Below are positions 9,064 through 16,551 of a DNA stretch of 64,000 bases, one piece after another. A model generated the notes under the pieces. That model was not told where the DNA came from. It saw nothing but the letters and a program-made list of their open reading frames with translations, and did not search any database. Every line of letters starts with the position of its first letter. The stretch's first letter is position 1. This DNA is from an uncultured Faecalibacterium sp. (GTDB taxonomy: Bacteria; Bacillota; Clostridia; Oscillospirales; Acutalibacteraceae): NCBI GenBank assembly GCA_964403085.1, contig CAYOEN010000002.1, forward strand, positions 7,715 through 71,714, in the 5' to 3' direction. The position numbers and the translations under genes are program-made.

Positions 9064-9867
9064 ATGAAAACACTCAAAAAAACAACGGCATTGCTTCTTT
9101 CTCTCTTGATGCTTGTATCCTGCTTTGCAGCTTCGGTATCAGCGGCGGGAAAGATAACAGTCAAACTTCGAATCGAAGGCATCAACGCCTGTCAGTATTA
9201 CAGCTATGTAACTGTTGACAGCGGTTCAACGGTACTTGACGTTGTTAAGCAGGCGGACTCAATCGATTCAACCCTTACCGTCACGGTGGTTGAAAGCAAG
9301 TACGGTGATTACATTTCGGAAATCAATGGCGAGAAAGAAAAAACCTTTAAAGGTTGGGACGGCTGGCTTTACAGAGTAAACAATGCCGAACCCGAAGTTG
9401 GTGTTGCGGCTTACACCGTTTCCGATTCCGACAGCATTGTTGTTTATTACGGCGATCCTTACGGCGTCGGAATGCAATATCCGGAAATCAACGTTGACGC
9501 TCTTTCTGACGGAAAAATTTCGTTTACGAGCCTTGATACCGTATATGGTGATAACTCCGTTCCCATAACAACGCGCAATTCCGTTACCGGCTACACTCTT
9601 ACATGGGGATATAGCAATTCAAAGACTGTTAAGGTGACTCCGGACGAAAACGGCGTTTGCACCATTGATGAGCGGTATCTCACAAATGAAGCGCACAGCG
9701 TTCAAATTGAGCGTTATGCACCCAACGGTTGTCCGACCGTTTTAAGGCTTGAACCGGATTTTTATGTTGGCGAAAAAGTTACCGAAAACTTTATTTATGA
9801 GCTTTTCACTACGCTCAAAAACTTCTTTAATAAGATAATCAACTTCTTCAAGTCACTCTTTAACTGA
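9064..9867 (+). CDS. secreted DUF4430 domain protein with extra C-terminal domain
   Basis: Signal peptide ending VSA-AGK. DUF4430-like core GWDGWLYRVNN...SDSIVVYYGD, then an additional ~120-aa domain and an amphipathic C-terminal tail. Confidence 0.65.
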   Translation: MKTLKKTTALLLSLLMLVSCFAASVSAAGKITVKLRIEGINACQYYSYVTVDSGSTVLDVVKQADSIDSTLTVTVVESKYGDYISEINGEKEKTFKGWDGWLYRVNNAEPEVGVAAYTVSDSDSIVVYYGDPYGVGMQYPEINVDALSDGKISFTSLDTVYGDNSVPITTRNSVTGYTLTWGYSNSKTVKVTPDENGVCTIDERYLTNEAHSVQIERYAPNGCPTVLRLEPDFYVGEKVTENFIYELFTTLKNFFNKIINFFKSLFN

Positions 9868-9928
9868 AAATTGAGATTGGCATAAAAACACATAATAAGC
9901 AACAATCAAAGCTTATTGACGACATCCT

Positions 9929-9968
9929 AAACGGCTTGTGTATCCCCTTTATACACGAGCCGTTTTTT
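9929..9968 (+). terminator. intrinsic terminator ending the B12 operon
   Basis: Stem AACGGCTTGTGTAT / ATACACGAGCCGTT followed by a T6 run. Confidence 0.8.
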
Positions 9969-9998
9969 AAATTAACAAATAAATCTATCGCAAATATG

Positions 9999-10027
9999 TT
10001 GCTTTCTGTCGGAAAATTTTATATAAT
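9999..10027 (+). promoter_or_regulatory. candidate promoter of the MFS-WYL unit
   Basis: TTGCTT, 17-nt spacer, TATAAT (10022-10027). Confidence 0.5.
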
Positions 10028-10076
10028 AATCAGGTAAAACATTTTCTGCCTGTGCAGACAAAAAAGGAGAAATACT

Positions 10077-11489
10077 ATGCAAAAGAAAAAAATCTCTTTG
10101 CGCCTTTGGTTCAACATCATTCTTTTCGGTTTGATGGGTCAGATCGCCTGGAATATGGAGAATATGTACTTTAACACATTTCTCTATAACAACATTTATT
10201 CAAATGGCGCTTCGCAAGCCGCCGTCAATTCCGCAATTCCGTACACAACGGCAATCAGCCTTATGGTTGCGCTTAGCGCAATTACTGCCGTTGTAACGAC
10301 TTTTATCATGGGTACGCTCAGTGACAGATTGAACAAACGAAAGGTTTTCATTTCTATCGGATATATAATTTGGGGACTCATCACCGCTTCTTTCGGGTTG
10401 ATTTCTCGCGACAACGTTGCTTCGTTGTTCCATCTTTCCGATGAGGTTCAAATTCTTACCGCTACCGTATGGACCGTAATCGTTATGGACTGTGTCATGA
10501 CATTTATGGGTTCAACAAGCAACGACTCCGCCTTCAACGCTTGGGTCACAGATATCACCGAGCCCGAAAACCGTCCTGCTGTTGAAACTGTTTTTGCCGC
10601 TTTACCAGTTATAGCCATGGGGCTTGTTATTGCTTTCGGTTCGCTCGCTCAGGCGGGAACTGTCACATATACACTTTTCTTCGGTGTGCTCGGCATGATC
10701 GTTGCCGTTTGCGGTGTTGTCGGTCTTTTCACTCTTGAAGAACCGAAACACAAAATTCAACAAAACACAAATTCCAATTATTGGTCGGATCTCTTTTACG
10801 GTTTCAGACCTTCTGTTATAAAAGAGAACGCGCGTCTTTATCTCGTTCTTTTGGCAAGCTGCATTTTCGCCGTTGCAACTCAGGTTTATTTCCCATATCT
10901 TTTGATCTATCTTCAATATGTTGTTTTGCCGATGGCGGGCGATAACCTTCTTTCTGTTCCCGTTATAATAAGCGCAATTGCTTCCGTCGCGATGATGATC
11001 GGGGGAATCGTTGCAATTTTGAAGCTTAACAAAAAACTCAGCAGGGGAACACTGCTTGTTGTTGCGCTTCTGTGCTCTGTAATCGGTCTTTTCATGTTGG
11101 GCTTTTCCAAAAATATTGTAATGCTTCTCATTTCCGCAGCGCCTACGGTCGTCGGCTATGCCACTCAGGGTATTTTGATCAATGCCACTATCAGAGACTT
11201 CACGCCGGAATCTAAGGCGGGTCAGTTCCAGGGGGTAAGAATGATTTTCGGTGTTCTCATCCCGATGGTTCTCGGACCTGTCACCGGCGCACTTGCCATT
11301 GAGCGTTCCGCTGTTACATATGTTGATGAATACGGAACGATGCAAACCGTTCCGACGGAACTCATGTTTACCTTCGCCGCAATTGTTTCGATCTTGGCCG
11401 TCATTCCTCTTGCGATTCTCATCAAGAAAGGCATTCTTTCAAAACCGGCCGGAGCAGAGAAAGAAGATGAATTGACAGAAACGGCGTAA
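10077..11489 (+). CDS. MFS transporter
   Basis: 470 aa, about 12 hydrophobic helices, and an MFS-like loop GTLSDRLNKRK after TM2. Confidence 0.8.
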   Translation: MQKKKISLRLWFNIILFGLMGQIAWNMENMYFNTFLYNNIYSNGASQAAVNSAIPYTTAISLMVALSAITAVVTTFIMGTLSDRLNKRKVFISIGYIIWGLITASFGLISRDNVASLFHLSDEVQILTATVWTVIVMDCVMTFMGSTSNDSAFNAWVTDITEPENRPAVETVFAALPVIAMGLVIAFGSLAQAGTVTYTLFFGVLGMIVAVCGVVGLFTLEEPKHKIQQNTNSNYWSDLFYGFRPSVIKENARLYLVLLASCIFAVATQVYFPYLLIYLQYVVLPMAGDNLLSVPVIISAIASVAMMIGGIVAILKLNKKLSRGTLLVVALLCSVIGLFMLGFSKNIVMLLISAAPTVVGYATQGILINATIRDFTPESKAGQFQGVRMIFGVLIPMVLGPVTGALAIERSAVTYVDEYGTMQTVPTELMFTFAAIVSILAVIPLAILIKKGILSKPAGAEKEDELTETA

Positions 11490-11510
11490 GAAAAGGAGCG
11501 TAAAACAGCT

Positions 11511-12527
11511 ATGAAGGGACAAACGAAGCTGAAGCTTCTGTATATTAAAGATTACCTTGAAAAATACAGCGATGAAAATCATCCTGTCAGCGCGGAAATT
11601 TTGCAACAGATGCTTGAGCGTAACGGAATCGTTTGTGAACGCAAGTCAATTTACAGCGACGTTCAAGCCCTCAGAGATTACGGAATGGAGATTTTTCGCG
11701 TCAGGGCACCCGGAAACGGTTATTATCTCGCTTCCAGAGAATTTGAAGAGCCGCAGGTTCGACTTCTGGTTGACGCCGTTCAGGCAGCGAGCTTTATTAC
11801 CGAAAAAAAGACTAAGGAACTTGTCAAAAAAATCGCTTCGCTTTGCAGCGAAAGCGAGGGCAGGCAGTTGACCCGTCAGGTATATATCGAAAATCGTGTC
11901 AAGTGCTCCAACGAAGAGATATACTATAGCATTGACGTTTTGAGCCGCGCAATCAAAGCGAGGAAAAAAGTTGCGTTTGTTTATTGCAAACGTGTTATTG
12001 CCGAAGATACAGGAGCAATAAAAATCAACGAACGACGCCATATTGTCAGTCCGTATGCACTCATTTGGTCCAACGATCATTATTATCTCGTTGCCAACAA
12101 TCAAAAATATGATAATTTGATGCATACTCGTATTGACAGAATGAAACGAGTTGAAATGCTCAATGAAACCATCAGACCGTTTGGCGAAGTTTCAACATAT
12201 CGCAGCTTTTTTGATTCGGCGGACTACGTCAGTAAGCTTTTCAATATGTTCAGTGGAACGATTCAGTCGCTTGATATTCTTTGTGACAACTCGATTCTCG
12301 AAGAAATTCTTGACCGTTTCGGCACGAATACGCTGATAACAAAAGATATAGACGAAAACCGTTTTCGCCTCAGAACGAAGCTCGCGGTCAGTGAAGGTCT
12401 CATTTCGTGGCTGATGCAATTCGGCGAAAAACTCGAGGTTCTCGAGCCGCTCTCTTTGCGCACTCAGATCAAAGAAAAAGCGAAAGAAATTCTCGGGGTA
12501 TATAAAGACGAAAGTGTTTTTGGCTGA
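11511..12527 (+). CDS. HTH-WYL domain transcriptional regulator
   Basis: N-terminal winged HTH, central WYL-domain region SPYALIWSNDHYYLVANN, and a WCX-like C-terminal domain. It lies 21 nt after the MFS gene. Confidence 0.85.
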   Translation: MKGQTKLKLLYIKDYLEKYSDENHPVSAEILQQMLERNGIVCERKSIYSDVQALRDYGMEIFRVRAPGNGYYLASREFEEPQVRLLVDAVQAASFITEKKTKELVKKIASLCSESEGRQLTRQVYIENRVKCSNEEIYYSIDVLSRAIKARKKVAFVYCKRVIAEDTGAIKINERRHIVSPYALIWSNDHYYLVANNQKYDNLMHTRIDRMKRVEMLNETIRPFGEVSTYRSFFDSADYVSKLFNMFSGTIQSLDILCDNSILEEILDRFGTNTLITKDIDENRFRLRTKLAVSEGLISWLMQFGEKLEVLEPLSLRTQIKEKAKEILGVYKDESVFG

Positions 12528-12655
12528 TTTGTGTCAAAATCGCTAACTATGTAGAAAAAATTAACGGACTGTTAACAAATATTAAAGTCTGTTACTGTAT
12601 ACTCTATTAGGTATGTAAATCTTTACTAATAATCAAAGATTGGTGGTATGTTCAA

Positions 12656-14161
12656 ATGAAAAAGACTGTTTTTCTTACCGGCGCTTCGGGAACAATGGGC
12701 TTTGAAGGTTTCAAAGAACTTTATGTTCGCCGCAATATGTACGACATCGTTCTCCTTCTCAGAGACAGCAAGAAGAACCGTAATCTCTTCGCTCCGTACA
12801 TGAACGATCCCAGCATTAAGATCGTTTGGGGTGACCTGACCGTTTATGAAGATGTTCTTGAATGCATTAACGGTGCGGATTATGTTCTTCATGTCGGTGG
12901 ACTTGTTTCTCCCGCTGCCGACTATTTCCCCAAAAAGACCCTCTTCACCAATGTTACCGCTATGGAAAACATTGTTAATGCCGTTAAGGCGCAGCCCGAT
13001 CCCGATGCCGTTAAGGTTGTTTATATCGGTACTGTTGCTCAGACCGGCGACAGAAACGCTCCCGTTCACTGGGGACGCACCGGCGACCCGATCCAGATAA
13101 GTGTTTATGACCACTATGCTATCAGCAAGACAAAGGCGGAAGCGATCCTTGCTGACTCCGGTCTCAAGTATTGGGTTTCTCTTCGCCAGACCGGTATTCT
13201 TTATGGCGACATTCTCAAGAACATGGATCCCATTATGTATCATGTTCCCATTAACGGTATGCTTGAATGGGCAACCGTTGAAGACAGCGGTCGTCTTTGC
13301 GCAAAGGTTTGTAACGACAGACTTCCGGAAGAGTTCTGGCGTCGTTTCTACAACATCAGCTCCGGTCATGACTACAGACTTACCAACTATGAATTTGAAG
13401 TTCTCCTTCTCAATGCTATCGGCATGAAGGGCGAAGATATTCCGAAGAAGCTCTTCGATCCGTATTGGTTCATCAACCGCAACTTCCACGGCCAGTGGTA
13501 CACCGATGCCGATGATCTTGAAAATTATCTTCATTTCAGAGCTAACATTCCTGTTAAGCAGTATTTCAAGATGCTCGCGAAAACCGCTCCCGCATACTTC
13601 AAGCTTGCCGGTCTTGCACCGCTTCCGCTTGTTAAAAAGTTCATGATGGAGCCGATCGCCAATGCACCGCTTTACGGTACTCAGACATGGATCAAGAACG
13701 GCATGAAAGACAGAATCACTGCTTTCTACGGTTCAAAGGAAGAGTTCGCTGCTATCCCCAAGACATGGGACGAATTTGAAGTTGTTATCCCGGACAAGGA
13801 AACTCCCGAGAATCTTCTTGACCACGGTTATGACGAGTCTAAGCCTCTCGAAAAGCTCACTCTCGCAGAACTTAAAAAGGCTGCCGAATTCAGAGGCGGT
13901 GAGTGCCTTGCAAAGAAGGCACCGAAGGATCCGTATACCCCGATCAAGTGGAAATGCGCCTGCGGTCATGAATTTGAAATGTCAGTCAACCTTGTTCTTA
14001 AGGGTGGTCACTGGTGCCCCGAATGTCTTCCGATGCCCTGGAAGTATGACGAAATCGCAAAGGTTAATCCGTTCTTTGCTCAGGTTTGGTATGCTCACCA
14101 CAAGGAAGACGAAAACAACGTATATACCACTGATATTTATTACGGTTACAACGAGAAATAA
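12656..14161 (+). CDS. extended SDR (NAD-dependent epimerase/dehydratase-like) with C-terminal zinc-ribbon domain
   Basis: Rossmann motif TGASGTMG and catalytic YAISK (YxxxK). The C-terminus carries WKCACGHEFEMSVNLVLKGGHWCPEC. Codon usage (AAG, CTT, TTC, CCC, AGA) resembles rpmF. Confidence 0.75.
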   Translation: MKKTVFLTGASGTMGFEGFKELYVRRNMYDIVLLLRDSKKNRNLFAPYMNDPSIKIVWGDLTVYEDVLECINGADYVLHVGGLVSPAADYFPKKTLFTNVTAMENIVNAVKAQPDPDAVKVVYIGTVAQTGDRNAPVHWGRTGDPIQISVYDHYAISKTKAEAILADSGLKYWVSLRQTGILYGDILKNMDPIMYHVPINGMLEWATVEDSGRLCAKVCNDRLPEEFWRRFYNISSGHDYRLTNYEFEVLLLNAIGMKGEDIPKKLFDPYWFINRNFHGQWYTDADDLENYLHFRANIPVKQYFKMLAKTAPAYFKLAGLAPLPLVKKFMMEPIANAPLYGTQTWIKNGMKDRITAFYGSKEEFAAIPKTWDEFEVVIPDKETPENLLDHGYDESKPLEKLTLAELKKAAEFRGGECLAKKAPKDPYTPIKWKCACGHEFEMSVNLVLKGGHWCPECLPMPWKYDEIAKVNPFFAQVWYAHHKEDENNVYTTDIYYGYNEK

Positions 14162-14173
14162 TTATCATTTTCT

Positions 14174-14206
14174 AAGGCTGTCGTTAAATGCGGCAGCCTT
14201 TCTTTT
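14174..14206 (+). terminator. intrinsic terminator after the SDR gene
   Basis: Stem AAGGCTGTCG / CGGCAGCCTT (one G-U pair) followed by TCTTTT. Confidence 0.7.
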
Positions 14207-14325
14207 CAGTGGCGTCGATTGGTTTACAAGGAAGCTTAATGTTGATTGAAATTATACGATATTATAACGAAACAACAAAAGAACAATTTCTGTTTCATCT
14301 GACAGGTTGTTTGCTTTTTCACCTA

Positions 14326-14355
14326 TTGACAGGTGTTGACCCGAGGTGTTAAAAT
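14326..14355 (+). promoter_or_regulatory. candidate promoter of the phosphohexomutase gene
   Basis: TTGACA, 18-nt spacer, and extended -10 TGTTAAAAT. Confidence 0.5.
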
Positions 14356-14383
14356 ATTAATAGATTTGAAGGAGGTATTTGAT

Positions 14384-16099
14384 ATGAATGATGTAAATTG
14401 CCTTTATTCGCTTTGGTGCGAAAAAGCTCTTGCCGACCCCGATCTTCAGGAAGAGCTTTTATCCATACAAGGAAAAGAAAGCGAAATTAACGATCGTTTC
14501 TATAGAAACCTTGAGTTCGGAACTGCCGGTCTTCGCGGTGTTATCGGCGCCGGAACAAACAGGATGAATATTTACACTGTTAACCGCGCAACTCAGGGAC
14601 TTGCAACTTATTTGCTTAGCGAGTATGGCTCTGCAAGTGTTGCGATTGCATATGATTCAAGAATCAAATCAACTGATTTTGCGAAAAGTGCAGCTTGTGT
14701 GCTTGCTGCTAACGGAGTCAAGGTTTGGATATATCCGGAGCTCGTGCCGACTCCGATGCTCTCTTTTGCTGTCAGAGAGCTTTCCTGCAAGGGCGGCATA
14801 ATCATCACGGCGAGCCATAACCCGGCCGAGTATAACGGCTATAAGTGTTATGACCCCGAAGGGTATCAGATGACCGATGAGGCCGCAGCAAAAACGTATG
14901 AATATATCCTCAACACCGACATCTTTTCCGATGTCAAGACTATGGATTTTGAAGAAGCGATTGATAAAGGTCTTATATACTTTATCGGTGATGATATAGT
15001 TCAAAAGTTTTACGATCGCGTCGAAAGTTGCTGCCTTTCAAAAGATGTTACCGAAAGAACCGACTTGAAGGTTATATATACTCCGCTTAACGGCACGGGC
15101 AACAAGCACGTTCGCGCAATGCTTGAAAGAATCGGCATCAAAAATGTCAGCGTTGTCAAAGAACAGGAAAAGCCCGACGGTAATTTTCCGACTTGTCCGT
15201 ATCCGAATCCCGAAATCAAACAGGTGTTTGAGTGCGCAATAAAAATGACAGAGCAGGAAAAAGCCGATCTTCTTCTTGCGACCGATCCCGACTGTGACAG
15301 AGTCGGAATTGCCGTTTTCGACAGCGGTGAGTATAAATTGATGAGTGGCAATGAAGTTGGCGTCCTTCTCGCCGAATACTTGCTTTCAAGGCGAAAAGAG
15401 CTTGGCATTCTTCCTCAAAACGCCGTTGTTGTCAAATCTTTTGTTACGACTGACCTTGTTGATGTTGTTTGCGAAAAATATGGCGCAACCGTAAAGAGAC
15501 TGCTTACCGGGTTCAAGTATATAGGAGAGTATATCACAGCGCTTGAAGCTGCAGGTGAAGCGGAACGCTTTGTTGTCGGAATGGAAGAAAGCTATGGTTA
15601 TCTTTCAGGTATTCACGCCAGAGACAAAGACGCAGTCGTTGCTTCAACGCTTATTTGTGAAATGGCCGCTTATTATAAAGAAAAAGGTTTGAGCCTTTAC
15701 GAAAAAATGCAACAGATCTATGCCGAACACGGCTATTACCTGAACCGCGTTGAAAGCTTTGAGTTTAAAGGCGAAAGCGGAATGGAAAAAATGGCTCTGA
15801 TAATGGAAAATCTCAGAGCTGAATCTCCGTCGGCAATAGCGGGATATATAGTTCTCTCCGTTTCCGACTACAAAAAAAGCGAGACTGTTTATTCAAACGG
15901 TGGTGCGACCGAAAAAATCGAATTGCCGAAATCAAATGTACTCGCATATTCTCTCGAAAACGCAAACGGCGTAATTATACGTCCCAGCGGAACCGAGCCG
16001 AAAATTAAAGTTTATTTCACCGCAAGAGGCAACACTAAAGCTGATGCGGAAAAGATTTTTGCTTCACTCTCGAATGACATGAAGCAATACCTGAACTGA
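14384..16099 (+). CDS. phosphoglucomutase/phosphomannomutase (alpha-D-phosphohexomutase)
   Basis: Phosphoserine loop TASHNPAEYNGYK and metal loop DPDCDR. ATG 14384 follows GGAGG; the track start 14333 is upstream of the RBS. Confidence 0.9.
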   Translation: MNDVNCLYSLWCEKALADPDLQEELLSIQGKESEINDRFYRNLEFGTAGLRGVIGAGTNRMNIYTVNRATQGLATYLLSEYGSASVAIAYDSRIKSTDFAKSAACVLAANGVKVWIYPELVPTPMLSFAVRELSCKGGIIITASHNPAEYNGYKCYDPEGYQMTDEAAAKTYEYILNTDIFSDVKTMDFEEAIDKGLIYFIGDDIVQKFYDRVESCCLSKDVTERTDLKVIYTPLNGTGNKHVRAMLERIGIKNVSVVKEQEKPDGNFPTCPYPNPEIKQVFECAIKMTEQEKADLLLATDPDCDRVGIAVFDSGEYKLMSGNEVGVLLAEYLLSRRKELGILPQNAVVVKSFVTTDLVDVVCEKYGATVKRLLTGFKYIGEYITALEAAGEAERFVVGMEESYGYLSGIHARDKDAVVASTLICEMAAYYKEKGLSLYEKMQQIYAEHGYYLNRVESFEFKGESGMEKMALIMENLRAESPSAIAGYIVLSVSDYKKSETVYSNGGATEKIELPKSNVLAYSLENANGVIIRPSGTEPKIKVYFTARGNTKADAEKIFASLSNDMKQYLN

Positions 16100-16111
16100 A
16101 AATCAAGGAAG

Positions 16112-16357
16112 GTGAATTTGTTGTTTCCAAAAAAGATGGTAAAAATTATCTGTGTTGTTCTTGCTGCTTTAATGCTGTTAAGTGGAGTTGCCGTTTTGCT
16201 TCAGGTCTTTGCTGCTGATTCGGCTTTGCTTGCAGTTTCACCGAGCACAGGCGAAAGCGACCTTGACAAGCTCGTTCCGATAATAGTTATCGTTGCGGCG
16301 GTAATGGCGGTGCTCGTTTGTTTGCTTCTGCCAAAGTTTAAGAAAAAATCACAATAA
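16112..16357 (+). CDS. small signal-peptide protein with SPSTG sorting-signal-like C-terminus
   Basis: About 73-81 aa depending on start (GTG 16112, TTG 16118/16121, ATG 16136). Signal peptide ending VFA-ADS, then SPSTG, a hydrophobic helix and KFKKK. Confidence 0.45.
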   Translation: MNLLFPKKMVKIICVVLAALMLLSGVAVLLQVFAADSALLAVSPSTGESDLDKLVPIIVIVAAVMAVLVCLLLPKFKKKSQ

Positions 16358-16371
16358 TACTTTTTTGACGT

Positions 16372-16427
16372 GAGTCGGCGAAGATGATTGCTAATACTTC
16401 ATTTTCGCCGACTCATTTGTTAGTTTT
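16372..16427 (+). terminator. intrinsic terminator
   Basis: 11-bp stem GAGTCGGCGAA / TTCGCCGACTC followed by a T-rich tail. Confidence 0.65.
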
Positions 16428-16551
16428 CAACAAAGAGCCAAGTGTGTTTTTCTAACGTTGTTTAATTTTTTATCATTGTAAAATTTTTGTAAAGGTGATA
16501 AAATTGAACCGACGATATCAGTCGTCAGACACTGAATATGGAGGAATATTG

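Noticed and set aside
12626-13534. 302-aa ORF on the - strand antisense to the SDR gene
   Set aside because: It has no RBS and a low-complexity, Asn/Gly/Val-rich product. It is fully antisense to a gene with clear Rossmann and YxxxK motifs. The open frame is explained by the strong sense-strand codon bias.
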